DNA of 64,000 nt from contig OZ076413.1 of the NCBI GenBank assembly GCA_964187785.1, positions 61,876,001-61,940,000 of the forward strand, given 5' to 3'. Under the pieces are notes generated by a model that did no database searches, was not told the origin of the DNA, and was given only the letters and a program-made list of their open reading frames with translations. Below, piece by piece: positions 11,401 to 24,324 of this stretch (position 1 is its first letter; each line of letters opens with the position of its first letter). This stretch comes from Amphiscolops sp. MND2022 (taxonomy: Eukaryota). Made by a program: the position numbers and the translations under genes.

Positions 11401-11647
11401 ATTGAGACGAGTATTATTCCAAAATCGAAAATGTCTCGAATGAAAAGGCAGATTTAATTAGGCCTATGTTCTAATTCACTTGCACCTGTGAAGCCATCAA
11501 ACATGCAGCCATTTCAAAACAAAAAACTTCAGTCACGTTAAAAGCTGCAAACTGACGTGCTTTTTGAGCAGCGGTGATTGAAAACTACTCTGCATGCATG
11601 CCTGCGGCTTGAAAAATGTCCAAGAGTTTCAACAAGGGTTATTCAAA

Positions 11648-11713
11648 TTATCTGAACATCGACGGCACTTCGAAACCATGAAGTTCACTGAAGTGCCGTC
11701 GATGTTCAGATAA
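11648..11713. repeat. Perfect 24-bp inverted repeat with 18-bp spacer
   Basis: TTATCTGAACATCGACGGCACTTC (11648-11671) and its exact reverse complement (11690-11713). Confidence 0.9.
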
Positions 11714-12293
11714 TGTTTGAAGCAGCTGATAAAAATTGAAGAAAACCGGGAAAATCAGTTGCATGGAAGTTTGTACAATGCTTTTAAAAAATCATGATGA
11801 AAGTTGTTGGTAACTTGAAAGAACAAGTGAAAAGTTGGAGCAATTTCTACAAGGGTACGAGATTAAAATAATTTTTGCTTTGAAATTCAAATGCAGTAAT
11901 GGCCAGATTTGGGCGAAATCTTCGCGATATTCGTTCAGGCATTACTATTACCACATTTTTGTACGAAGCAAGACACAGTTGATATCTTTTCAACCGTTTC
12001 TCTCTAGAAACTTTTCGTTGTACCAGACTACTTGTACAGTGAATCATGACGTAAATTGAAAATGAGAATTGATCAGAAACAATTTTTGCCTATAGCTTTA
12101 TAAAGGTAGGTGTTTCGTTTAAAAACGCTTCAATTTTCGAGTCAGTCAAAATTCGTATTCCTCTTTTTACACTGTAGTTTCAAGGCGTCGTTTTTGAAAT
12201 CGTTTATTTTTTCTATTTTTTCATATGTTTATACAATTTTCGGTTTAATTTTACAATTTAAAGAAGTTCTTTGTTGATCATGCAATGAGTTAC

Positions 12294-12535
12294 CTCACAG
12301 TTACAGCGTACGCCGTATTCTCCAGCATTCCCGTGATTACCGCATTACTATCTGTGTTCAGAGTGATTCCAGTAGGTGGCGCTTCCGTGACTTTGTCTGT
12401 TCCGGCCACATCAACAGTCACTTCAATCTTTTCGAAACTTCCTTCTGGGAGCGTCCACTCGTAAACGAAGTTCTCGAACGTGCGACTTTGAACAGCCAGG
12501 TTTTTCACAGGGCTTGGCAATGCACAAAGACACAC
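12294..12535 (-). CDS. FN3-repeat protein, exon 9 (VCLCALPSPVKNLAVQ...YEWTLPEG...ITGMLENTAYAVTVR)
   Basis: Acceptor gtttccag, donor GTGAG|GTAACT; phase 0 to 2; nearly complete FN3 domain. Confidence 0.9.
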
Positions 12536-15226
12536 CTGGAAACATTCATCTCGGAAATGACCTAAATTTTATTGACTAAATTAGTCATGTTTATCATCTA
12601 TAAACGAACGATTACCATTTAATTCAAAAAATAGAAAATTGTTTGATATTTGTTCCCTGGTTGGAACTGCTTGAACTTTTTACAAGTTTCTGTAGGTTAC
12701 CAAGCTAATTTTTTATGACTCAATAAAATTCTCAAGGAAACGTCCATGCATTAAAACTTCACTGATTCAATTTAAATTCATCAAGCTGCCTATACGATGC
12801 ATCCTAAATTTGGTGGCATTTCCGAGCCGCGAAGCTTTGCAGGTTTCATTAAGACGCAGCACTAATTTTGAAAGCAGCTTTCATCAATTTTTCCGCAATT
12901 TCACTGCAAAAAAACTTCAGTCAAATTATAAGTTCCAAAGTAGCGTCATATTTAGCTTGCTGATTGACTAACGGTGATTAGATAAGGTACATAAGGCACT
13001 TACTTGAGACATTGACGCGTGAAAAAAAGTGATCGCGGCTGTGAAGAGGTGGAAATGCTTTCAGTTCCAATTCAAATAGTGGAAGCTGCATTTCAAATTT
13101 ACAAAACTTTCCATGTAGGCTCCCTGAAATTTCCAGGTTTTGTGAAAAAATTAGCCTGCATGTTTCCAAAGCAGCATGAATCTCGACTAGGGTTATTCGT
13201 CGTGTTGCTTATTATGAGTTAAATCCTTTTGTAAGGTGTAAAAAATGATTCGGTGCTCAATTCTTCTGGTAGCAAAAGAAGAAGTCGGGTCAAATGATCA
13301 TATGTTAACGAATACCATTGAGCTGTGAAAACATGGTAAGCGTCTAGCTCTTTTGTTTCATTTTTCAGGTACTCTGATGACTGACATTTGCTGCAAGCAA
13401 TCAAAAAGTAAAGTTTCGTTCCATTGACACCAAGAACAGCTAGGTAAACACTCAGCAAAATTTAAAAAAGGAGCCCACTGAGCAAAAGTTGCAGCAAGCT
13501 TTTAGCTTTTGACACGTTTTCGATCGAAATTGGTTCATGGTTAAAGAGCTAACAAATTCATCAACGTGAACGGTGAATAATTACCTTTGCTAATTCGCCA
13601 TGCATTGAAAATATTTGGTCCATAAATGGACCTTACTCTGATCATTGTAGGGTTTGAATGCTTCTTCTCTCTTTTATATAATAATATTCCAAATAGTGGT
13701 CAGTTTAATATAATCAACCTACTTTTCCTTGATTTTCGCAACATTTTCATCTCAAATTCTGTTTCTCTTTCTGCTTTGATTTGATAAATTCAATTATTAG
13801 ACACTTTGTTGGAAGTGTTTTTATGTAAATGTTTGTAGATATGTGAATCCCCTTTTGAAGCAGTTAATTCCATTGTTGAATGGCTTTCCCGTACTGGCAA
13901 TTTACCACGAACTACCGGTGACCACTTTCAAGCAAAAGATTCTTCTTCCACATGTGACCATTAATTATTAGATTAGTTTGTAACCAAAGGATTTTTGAGC
14001 AAAACAAAACAGGAGTACGTTTTACAGAAGTAGATTTGATTCTAGCTAAGAGGATATTAACAAACGTTGTGCAACTATCTGTTTTTTGCGCAATGAAGAG
14101 TTCCAAGTGATCCTTGCAAAAAACAGTTTTATAACACTAATTAGTTTGGTGTCAAGTCAGAACCAGTGATTCCACAGTGTGGAATCAGAGAATGTGTAAA
14201 AGATAGGCGACGTTTCTACAGAGATGTTAAACTTCAGCGTTAAAGGAACTAGAACAAACTCGGTGACAGCAGCTGGTAGCGGCATCCATATTAAACGCAA
14301 CATGTGATTTCATGCAATCCCATGCATAGAACTATATGGTTCCATGCAATAATTTCATGCCATTCCCATGCATGGATTTTTAGTGAACCATGACACAATT
14401 TGTACAATTCTGTGCTAGGTATAACTGGAATATACAGTAGTGATGTTTCTAAAAGCAGCAAAAAGCAAATCTCAAAATCGAATATCTCTAAAACAGCAGC
14501 GATTTTTGAAAAATGATATAGGTGAAAGTTTCTCAGATTATTATTTAATTTACAAATATGTTTAGTTCAAGTTTATGCGATGAAAATTGTAGAAGTTACG
14601 ATAAGCCATTTTAAGCCAAATTTAGGTCAAAATTGAAGTTTGTTTCACTTTTAGTCAAATTTTGCTCAAAATTTTCGAAATATTTTTTGTTCAATTGACC
14701 CCCCTGATTGAACTGAAGCCCCTGATATGTTTTGATTTAGAAATCACCTTAAAATCGTAGAAAATATGCGCTGTAAAATTAGACTTTTTCAAAAATACAT
14801 GTATTAAGATATGATTTTGAAGTTTAACAACTTAAAACAAGCTCGTACTAATACAATTTACAACATTTTCGAGATAAAATTATATTGCCAGATTCGAAAT
14901 GTTCGGGAGAATCTTTCTGTCGAAATTATTTTCAAATCAAAAAATTGTGAGTGGGTCAAAAATTCAAAAAACTAATAAATGATGTTTTGGAAATGGCTCT
15001 CGACCATTGAGATGATCGCGTGAGACCTTGATCAGCCAATGATATTTGTTTATTTGCTTTCTTTCCGTGCAACATTTGCGTGCTATGTTGCTTCTTCTAG
15101 AATCACTACTGTACACTGGCCTGACAAATCTGATGGTCACAAAACCAAAACGGCTTGTATCTGACAATGTCCCTCTGTGTACATAAAGTATACTTTGATT
15201 ATTCAAAAACTTTTTCTATAGAAGTG

Positions 15227-15690
15227 AACAAGCCGAGAACGGCCAAAGTCGGCGCCATATCTAATGCTCAAAATTTAAAAAGGGACCCTTCGGGCTTTGT
15301 GAAACTCCAGCTGGTTGCAAAAAATTTGAAAAAAATTGAAGGGGGGACCCTTTGGAGACATGGAAAAATTTCCCAAAAAAATTTTTTTAATGAGATTTTT
15401 GAACAGTGTCACAGTGCCAAAAAATGTAAAAGGGGACCCTTTGCGATTTTTTGACATCCATTGTGTTGCAAAATATCGAAACAAATGAAGGGGGGACCCT
15501 CTGGTGCAATCCAAAAAACTTCAAAAAAAGTGCTGAAAAAAAGTGGGGCAAAGGTGTGTTTTCGAGGTTGTGGACGTCTGTTTTGTTTTTTCTTTTCGTT
15601 TTGGACGCGCTTCTGAGGTTGGAGTTGTTGAGGTTTGAAGTTGTTGAACTTCGAGGTTGTTGAACAAATGAACAAAAAAGTGGACCTTTC
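15227..15690 (-). mobile_element. HINE-like repeat copy, 5'-truncated, abutting the next copy
   Basis: Reverse-strand 3' end (AAGTCGGCGCCATATCT on +) at ~15245 and internal blocks matching 1729-2318. Confidence 0.55.
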
Positions 15691-15704
15691 GTGTCTAAAA
15701 TAAA

Positions 15705-16246
15705 TAAAAACAAGACGGGAACGTCCCAAGTCGGCGCCATATCTTAGGCTCAAAAACATTCAAGGAACAACTATTGGAAAAATTTGGAAAAAAATTTTTT
15801 TTCAAAAAAAAATTTTGATTTTTTTTTCGAAAAAAAGTATTTTTTAGGTCGCACAATGCCGAAAAACTCAAAAAGAGGCCATTCAGGCTCATTCAACGTT
15901 TTCTACAAACCGAAAACTTCAAAAAAATTCAAGGGGGTACCCTTTGATAAATTTCGAAAATTTTCGAAAAAAGTCGCATAGTGCCGAAAAAAAACCCAAA
16001 GGGGGGACCCTTTGGTCTCACCTGTACTTTTGGAAGCATTAAAAAATTTATGGTTTAGTGCGAGAATCGAACCCACGCTCTCCGGCTGGGTCGAAGATGG
16101 AAGATGAACGAATATGAAAGATGAACAAAAATTGTAAGAAAAGTGGACCACTCAGAGTGAGATTGTCAACTGAAAAAAACAAAAAAAAAACTACTCACTG
16201 TAAGAGTCGGGCTTTTTTCCTTAAGGGAAAAGGCGCCGACTAAAAA
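15705..16246 (-). mobile_element. HINE-like repeat, full-length copy
   Basis: CAAGACGGGAACGTCCCAAGTCGGCGCC at the left end (3' stem-loop plus subTIR) and GGCGCCGACTAAAAA at the right end. Confidence 0.65.
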
Positions 16247-16561
16247 TACATACATCGAAGTACAGGTAAACAGTTTTCGTCAAAACTAAAATTGAATTGG
16301 TGAAGGCAGCTAGATTAATGTCAATTGACTGATTGTGACTGATTGACTGATTAAAAGAGCGTGTCACTCATTGAACAGTGAAAAACCTGCAAAATGCAAA
16401 CCTCTGAATACATATCACTTCTAGATATATCACATATATTTAGATACATTTCACATATTTTAGTAAAGCGCCCAAAAACCATGTGCAATTTGAAACGTTT
16501 AGAACTGAACCGTATGAACCTAGATTTATCGTAATCACACTGTTTTGGAAAATAATTCGCT

Positions 16562-16810
16562 AAAGCAAGACGGGAACGTCTAAAATCGGCGCTTTCTAAA
16601 GCTCAAAAAGTGCAGTTTTCAAAACATGTGTAGGTTTCAAGGAATTCGGATAAAGCGGTTTACTCCGGACTCCGGATATTGCCAAAAATGTAAAAGGGGA
16701 TGTCCTTCGGGTTTTTTGAAACTTCAGTTTGTTGCAAAATATCCAAAAAAATGAAGTGGGATAAATTGACCCTTTGGAGACATAAAAAAATTCAATAAAC
16801 CTTCAGTCTC
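16562..16810 (-). mobile_element. HINE-like repeat 3' fragment
   Basis: CAAGACGGGAACGTCTAAAATCGGCGC terminus plus adjacent family sequence. Confidence 0.45.
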
Positions 16811-17277
16811 GTCCGGTTTTGCAAATGCACGAAAAAGTTTCTGGCTGAAGCAGGGACTCGAACCCGCGACCGCTGCCCTAAACCGATTAAAGTCTGTACT
16901 AAAAAGTGGTGCATACAGGGTACTGTGCTCTGACGAAAAAAGGTTTTCTGCTTCATTCGTTATATTTCTACTAATTAAGTTGCATAAGCGCATTTACATT
17001 ATTGTAATTAATCATTAATCATTTATTGCTCATGCAACTTGCAACTAAGAAATGAACAGTTATAGTTCTAAACATCGAATTCGAAAAAAAGGGACAATTA
17101 AAACGTCAATTTGCATCCTTGACATTGGTTGCTTTAGCAAATTCGTTTTGAAAATAATCTTTTGCACTTTGTGCGGTTTAAGGTGTCGTATAATCAGTGT
17201 CATAAAAATATTATTTCAATAGTTGATACGAATAGCCTCCAAAATGTAAGTGATTCTTAAAACATCATTATGCTTAC

Positions 17278-17537
17278 TTCATCTGACTTTTCCGACAGCT
17301 TGCCGTTGGCTTTCTTTTCGACAGCCCCCTGGTAGCAGTAGAGACCTCCGGCTGTTAGCTGGAAGGAGTCGGTGAGGGTGCCGTCGTTAACAGCTGATGT
17401 GTCCAGCTGAAGATTTACAGCTGTGGTCGCTCCCCTCCAGAAGTAGTAGTTGTAGTCTCCACTAGTCACTCCAGTGACAGCCAGCTCAATCGAACCAACA
17501 CTTTCCGCCACAGCCGTGATAACTGGTTTCGCTGGCG
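17278..17537 (-). CDS. FN3-repeat protein, exon 8 (APAKPVITAVAESVGSIELAV...LTAGGLYCYQGAV...KSDE)
   Basis: Acceptor gaattcag, donor GAA|GTAAGC; phase 1 to 0; within ORF 17257..17547. Confidence 0.9.
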
Positions 17538-18042
17538 CTGAATTCAAACTCAGAACATTTTGAATTGAAGAAGAAAAGCTCAGAATTGCAGTTTATCATG
17601 TTTTACATCGGGCTTCCTTTTCCACTTCAGTCTGTAAAGACTGCCTAGTAAAAATATACGGAGGGATGAGAACTTCTGGATTTTCTTGATCGCAACCTTC
17701 AAAAAAGTTTTGACCTAATTAGGATTTTACAAGTTACTTGCGAATATCTTTGATTCCCTTCACCGTCAATTTTTCAAACTAACTCCTGTACCGTAACTGT
17801 AGTGAGTATTCAGAAAATGATAACTACTTCGTAATTTTCCGTCGCATATTTCGTTTTACTATTGAGGAAATCTAAGGAAATCTAAAGCATTGTTGATTAA
17901 AATGTTACGCAGTTGGAAGTTGGAATACATAGAGGAATCATAACAATCAGCAGTCTGTGAAATATCCTGAATTGTATCGATTGATTAAAATTTGCATTTG
18001 GAGAAGAAATCAAAAGCAATTTAAGATTGCTTGAAAACTAAC

Positions 18043-18252
18043 CAGTGCATGCCCGGATAGTTATAACTTCACTCTCAGCGTGCTGCACAGTTGGGGTACT
18101 TGCACATTCTCCCTTTGTCTTGACCCCCAGCACGTAACAACTGTCGGCAGTTAGGGAGGTAAAGTGGTAGGTATATTCAGTTGTGTCCCCACCCTTAGGT
18201 GCTGTTGGTCCATCGGTACCGTCTTTGGACAGAATGAACTCCTCCCAATTAC
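18043..18252 (-). CDS. FN3-repeat protein, exon 7 (GNWEEFILSKDG...FTSLTADSCYVLGVKT...IRACT)
   Basis: Acceptor cttttctag, donor ACTG|GTTAGT; phase 1-1; within ORF 18038..18289. Confidence 0.88.
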
Positions 18253-18699
18253 CTAGAAAAGAGTTCACTTTCTTCACGAACCCTTCCATTATTCGGTGCT
18301 GTCACATCCTGTCAACCTTACCTTGTTCTATCAACATATCCAAGGTGAAATACAAGTTTTTAACCGGCTCCGTTTACGGAGGGATTAATCAAAAACTCAA
18401 TCTTTTCATCAACTGTGCTCTTTCTTCGTCCGTTCTGAAGTTGATAAAGAATCAATTTCGCCTATTATGATTTCATCAAATGATAGCAGAAACTAAAAAC
18501 TTTTGAATAAATTAAATAAATGTTTCTCATTCCGTCGCCATAAAATTTTTGTGTTGAATCTTGTTCAAAAGATTTTCAGTCAAGAACAAAACTGTTTTAA
18601 CAAACAATTTTAGAATATTTCACGCTGTCATTACTTTTTGAACTAAATTTGCAAAGTTCGAAAGAGTTCTTTGGCTCGAGAAACATTTTGGTTTCAATA

Positions 18700-20900
18700 C
18701 ATGTCAACTTAGTTTTTTAGACGGAACGCTTAAAAACAAGGAATGATCAGGACCATCATCATAAAATGGCTGCGTGTCAGAAAAACCTAAGTTAGAGAAA
18801 ATGAGCATTTTGAGAGTGTTTAGCTCAACCTGGATTTCTGCTGACAAATCAATTGAAACAAAACCTCTTAGATAACATTGCGAGGTATGCAACACAAGGA
18901 TCTCCCGCAACTTGAGGATTGGAAAACTTTCCATTACCATCAATAGAAATCACTGTCGACACTCAAAAGCGTTGAACAAGTGAGCAAATGCCGGAAAACT
19001 GAATACTTTGCATACCATTCACGAAAGGTGATCAGCATTGAAAAACAATATAAAAAGAATTGAACTAAGCCAAACACGTACGGGACAAAATACAAGGCAA
19101 ACATAATACCCGAGCCATTGTGAAATCGAAAAAAAACAATTCTTGAAAAAATGGAAAAAACGAAGAACAAAACTCTAAATAACCGACCATGCAGATTCTG
19201 CAACGCATCAAACTGGAGTGCGATACATAAAAATCAAGCACTATAATCCATGCAATAGTAGTGGGAACAAAGGACACGTTACGTTGCAAGGATAAGTAAC
19301 CAAAAGAACTTCAAAGAACGGACAGTTGGCAAAATCAACAAAGACGAAGAGAACGGTACAGATGCATCACCTAGTTAACGCGAGCGAGTTTACTTTTAAG
19401 TCAAGTCGTCGAAAAGCATGCATCGGCATGCCTACGATCGGTGGGCCTTGGTAAGCAATGTGTGGTTAACAATACTGTCAATTCTGCAGTTAAACTCAAT
19501 AGTGGCATTCGTCTGAGCCACAATGCAAAACTCCTCAAACAATTTTTAAATTACCGAGTTCAACAGAACAGAAATCTCAGGGTGAGCATTGAAGTGATCT
19601 GGAGGGAACCACTTACAACAACAATAGCACCAATTTGCATCATTTTCATTCTCAGAAAAGATAGCCTTCAAGATTCACCCTATTCCAATTTGGAAGACTA
19701 TCAGGGGTGATAAAAATCCTCAATCGCCGAACATCCAATGAAACTGGGTTCAATGGTAACCTCGAGTGCCCGAAAAGTGCGAATGTTTGTCGTGGAAAAG
19801 AAAAAACAGTTTTTACAATAAGTTTTGGACCATTATCGTACTCAGCATTTCAAATGTGACCTATATACGAGACACAATGTGAAAACACTGCAGAAAGGGA
19901 GGTCATTGACCCCATTTCTGATCGTTGCGGTATCCATACCTGGCCAACACGTTGTCTTAGAGTTGTTCACAGGATGTAATTCCACGTTTGTTATTGCTAG
20001 GCGACCTTAAAGCGACACTTTATTGATGAAATTGACGACGTCCGCTCTAAAAGCACATAAAAATTCATATGCGGTTCAGGGGCAATATGGGGTGAAAGTT
20101 ACACATGTCGTCACATCTATCTCAATACGACCAACAAAACTCACACAGGGCTCGGACACACTAAACACTTGTGACTTCGTGTTAAAATTTCCACTTTTTG
20201 AAATGAGGGTGGAAGATTTGGAGATTTGGAGGGTTCCCCTCTATCTCGGAGAGGATGACCCAAATTTCTCGACAGATGTATTTTCACATGCTGCAACGCA
20301 ACGTAGCAGCGACGGAACTCGCTAGGTTGCCCTGGACATAGTTATGAAGGTATTAGGCAAATATCGTTAAAACTCGAATTCATCTCCGGTTTTTCGACCA
20401 AACGTCAACAGAACTTCAGCAGGAAAAAGATATAAAACCTGGTCCATGTAGTGTGTGCAACGTTTCGCGAAACTCGTATCAACCAGTTCCGAGATCGTCC
20501 TCAGAATCGCCAGATTTTAATGGAACGAATTCTGGGATACTGCATACCGGCTCGCCAAGGGGACGACACGGTAAAACGACACGATAACAAGAGAGGTCAT
20601 ATAAATTTGAAGTATGGAGTAGTATTGGCCCACAGATCAGAAACAATAGAACGATAATTGAAACACTAATTGAAAGAAACTGGAACCAGTCACAGCTTAC
20701 AATACAAAAAGAATTAAAACCGAACTAGAAAAAACGTCACACCCGGAAGCTCTGAATTTAGCACCTCAAAACTGAATCAAATTGAAAAATACAGCGAAAT
20801 AAAACTGTCGATTTTGGGAATGAGATAGATGGAAAAAGATTCCACTGGGAACCGACATGGGAAATTCTAGAAAACTTCAGACGCGTTTTGACCAATTTGG
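18700..20900 (+). mobile_element. Heavily decayed Ty3/Gypsy-like LTR retrotransposon remnant
   Basis: Hand translation gives a gag zinc-knuckle-like RPCRFCNASNWSAIHK (~19185), a CSVC and GILHT integrase-like stretch (~20450-20540) and a chromodomain-like WEPTWEILEN (~20845); many stops; boundaries approximate. Confidence 0.45.
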
Positions 20901-21299
20901 AACCTTGATTGCATTAGTTTGTTTTAAGATCTGTAAAAGTCTTTTTAGTTGAGATTATTCTGTTGCTGTTCTGTTTCCAAAGAAGTGGAAGCTTCCTTTT
21001 ACTGTTTTTAAATGCGTCTTCTTACAGTGTATGTCAAAAATATCGCAGTGCCAAAGCGCCCATTCTTTGAAGATGTTACGGAAGATGGTTAGTTTATGAA
21101 CAAATAGCTCTTAAGTTGAAAAATTTTCAATGAAGAGTTTCTGAAATAAATTATTGTTTGCGCTTTGCGTTTACTCCAGAAACCCGGATTATCTGAACAA
21201 ATTGAATATACTCTGGACTTAATCTGTTTTTAATTTTTTCAATAGTGTGAATCATACAACCTATTTTTTGAGCATCCTACCATTCATGGTCTAGAGTAT

Positions 21300-22480
21300 T
21301 AACATCTTGAAACTATAAATGGCCAACACTATTACTAAAGAAACCATCGTACAAATGATGTACATACAATCTTCTGTGTGACCTAACTGAACAAAAATTT
21401 TTTGTCGGGGTCTTTAGGCTGTATTTAGAAAAGCATTCAGCTCGTGGGACACAGTTTTTTTTTAAATAGCAGAGTGAAAGAAACTTCACCGCAACATTTT
21501 TGAAGAGTTCCATTCTGAAAACCAAGAAAACACTAGAATTCTGCTTGTTAAAATAAAAATCAAAAACGTTTTCGTTTACAAGAAATAGTGTACCTAAAAA
21601 TAGTAATAAATTCAGTTTCAAAAAATAGGACAGCACAGAGGAAACAAATTGTAGCACGGGATAATTTTAAAAAAGGACAGTTGTCTGTTTCCCATTTGAA
21701 GCGATACTCACTCCAACATTTTCGACTAAATACTGGCTTATTTGCTTCACGAATGAACTTCCGGTGAAAGTGTTGTTTCAATTTTCGTTTCACATTTTCA
21801 TGAATTTGAGCATTATCTATTAATTTCTGTGGGATGGTGTTCTACAAGTGTACTGCTCTGCGAAAGATGTTATTTTTCAGAAGGTCATGTTTTGTTAACG
21901 CCGTGTATGCAAGATTTGAAATACTTTCTTATATCTTTTTTTGGAAGTCGGTAATCTCGGCATTGAAAAAGCTTGTAGTAGGTTGTATTTCCATTTCCAA
22001 AAATAGTCAATGGCTTTGAGGTCTAAAAATATCGTACTAGTAAAACGTTGAATCTACACCTAAGGTCGTGAGGTGTTTGTATTTTTATTCTGCACGCTTT
22101 TATATCCCAAGTCAGCTGTTTTTCAAGAGTTGTAGTTAAATTTTGTGCGATTCCATTCAAACGTACTGATGAATAACGTAGATGGCTGATAACCAATGAG
22201 TTTAGCAGTGAAATCTTTGTTTTTTTTTTCAGAGAGAAAATGTTGAACTAAATAAATTGTTTTGATACCACAGACCATTTTTTGTAAGATGTTCTTTACT
22301 TCTTGTTGGTATAATTGTTGTTAAATTTGGTCCAAGTGGACTCCGAGGTATTTGACACAATCGTTGACTTTGATTATATTATTTCTGACAATCAGGTTGC
22401 AATTTTTGAATACTTCATTTTTCGATGGTTCACAAAAAGTTATGAATTCAGTTTTTCCGCATTGAGATTTAAACAAGGAT
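21300..22480 (-). mobile_element. 5'-truncated LINE (CR1/L2-group-like): RT C-terminus plus 3' UTR
   Basis: Minus-strand translation LNLNAEKTEFITF...IKVNDCVKYLGVHLD (~22310-22480) and FRRAVHL*NTIPQK (~21825-21865), typical non-LTR RT thumb and C-terminal motifs; 3' boundary approximate. Confidence 0.7.
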
Positions 22481-23433
22481 GATCAAAGTAAATTCTACTT
22501 GATCTACAATAATCCATCGACAGAGCCAGGTAGATAATAAACTGAACCATATAAAATCCAAGTTTTGGTCTGCCTGTAACTACTATAAACATTTATCTAG
22601 AAGAAGAAGAGGGAAAAAAGTTTGTTTTCCCAATGAGCAGCTCTAAGCCGGCGCTACGGTAGCACGGTAGCATATTTGCAACCAAGTGGCGAAGCAATGA
22701 TTGACTTGAAGCTGTTGTTTCAAAGCGACTTGCTCAAGGTCATAAAGGTATGACTGCTTACTGTTGCTATTTTTGGTTTTGCTTTTCTCTGTAGAATGCG
22801 GTGTTTTTTGACATGATCACTTCACTAAGCTACGGTTTCAATTATGGCAGACTATGATAAGTTTAATTCCGCACGGGGCGGAAGAGCAGATGAGTAAACC
22901 CGGTCAGTACCACTGCTTCTCTAACCCACAACCGCAGCTGAGTTTCATTCGAACACAGTTTAAAGACCATTACAGGAAAACAACTGTAAAACCCACAAAA
23001 CAATTTTGATCCCCATTTCTAACTAAGAAGGATTTAAAACACTTGAAATGATCAATTTACACTGGTAACAAAAGAGGAATTCCTAACCAGAGCCGCGCGT
23101 AAAGGATTCCAAGACGGATTTAAATATTGGAAAACAAATTACGTACTTTGTCATTTGGTAATTTTTTGACTAATTTAAGCTGTTTCTCCGATTCTGCCAT
23201 ACAATTTTGATGTAATTGCACACATAGTGACCTAATATGATGTAGAATGACTTTACAGATTTCGTTCGAATCGTATGGACAGTTTTTGAGAAGATTGAAA
23301 CTTTCACTGAAAGGTCGGAAGAAAAAAAACGTCTCGATTGCATAAGTATTTGAAAGTTTTTTGCGACTCCTAAAATTGAAATATATCTTTAAAAATTTGA
23401 ATCACTATCGAATTTAACAAACAAATGTTTAAC

Positions 23434-23643
23434 CTTTCGGGGCGGAGAAGGTGACTGATATTTGTTCATGAGTTTGAGCAATCTGTCTGACGTCATGAGG
23501 TACATCTGCAGATGTACACTTTGAGATTGGATCCGATACATCCGAAGGGTTACCGTTGGCTGTGACAGTTGACTTGTATGTATACTGTTTGCCAGGTTCC
23601 AAGTTTGTGTCGTCAAAAATGAATGGCGATGAGTCATCGTATG
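23434..23643 (-). CDS. FN3-repeat protein, exon 6 (AYDDSSPFIFDDTNLEPGKQYTYKSTV...ISVTFSAPK)
   Basis: Acceptor gtatgtcag, donor AAAG|GTTAAA; phase 1-1; canonical D-x-N-L-E-P-G-x-x-Y. Confidence 0.9.
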
Positions 23644-24073
23644 CTGACATACAAAGAATATAGATAACCAGAAACGACGAAGCAATCGTATTAAAATTGA
23701 AGTAAAAGTTAATCTGTTGTGTTGATACCTCTTATCAAAGAAACTATCTGTTCCTAGAAAGCATAAACAAATGGAAAACGTGATTTCTAAAAAAAAATCA
23801 GAAAGACAAAGTGAAACATTCGCTCATGAGTTGCGAAGAAAAAACGCAATTTCATTTTTCGCGTTTTTCAAGTACTTGTTGTGAAAAAAGAATCAACCAC
23901 TTTCACCTGCTTGTTGTTTGCAAAACTTATTTTGGTTACCTTTAGCAGAGACATGATATCAACCGTGCTCCTTTTAGCAGAAGCGTAAAAAACAATTTCT
24001 CCTTACTCGTTTTTCAAGCGATTCAATTGCCGGTGTAGCCTGGAAGGAATTGTTCGAGGTTTGAGTGTCTTAC

Positions 24074-24273
24074 CAATAGCTTCATCGTCTCGATATAGGG
24101 TGGCACTCATTCCGACCGTGTTGGGAGTCAGATCAGTGAAAAGGGGGGTAACTGTCACCTGGATTGTGGTTGAAGACAGAGTTTCCGCAGCTGTTGTGGG
24201 TTTAAGAGGCGCAAAGTATCCTCTAGCATCAGCGGCAGCACTCTTCATCACATCGGGACATCCTGTGCTTATT
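24074..24273 (-). CDS. FN3-repeat protein, exon 5 (ISTGCPDVMKSAAADARGYFAPLKP...TLYRDDEAI)
   Basis: Acceptor tattgcag, donor ATTG|GTAAGA; phase 2 to 1; within ORF 24003..24251. Confidence 0.85.
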
Positions 24274-24324
24274 CTGCAATAACGCGTGAACTAATTGGGG
24301 CTCGAGCTTTGCGAGGTGCCCATA

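Noticed and set aside
16835-16880. tRNA gene on the minus strand (GGTCGCGGGTTCGAGTCCCTGCTTCAGCCA followed by a T-run)
   Set aside because: Only a T-arm and 3' acceptor half are present; no matching 5' strand or D arm. It is a SINE- or tRNA-derived fragment.
18322-18435. Extra FN3 exon (..PVKNLYFTLDMLIEQG with a GTAAGG donor)
   Set aside because: The only good acceptor gives stops in all three frames, and exon 6 already joins exon 7 in frame to complete the domain.
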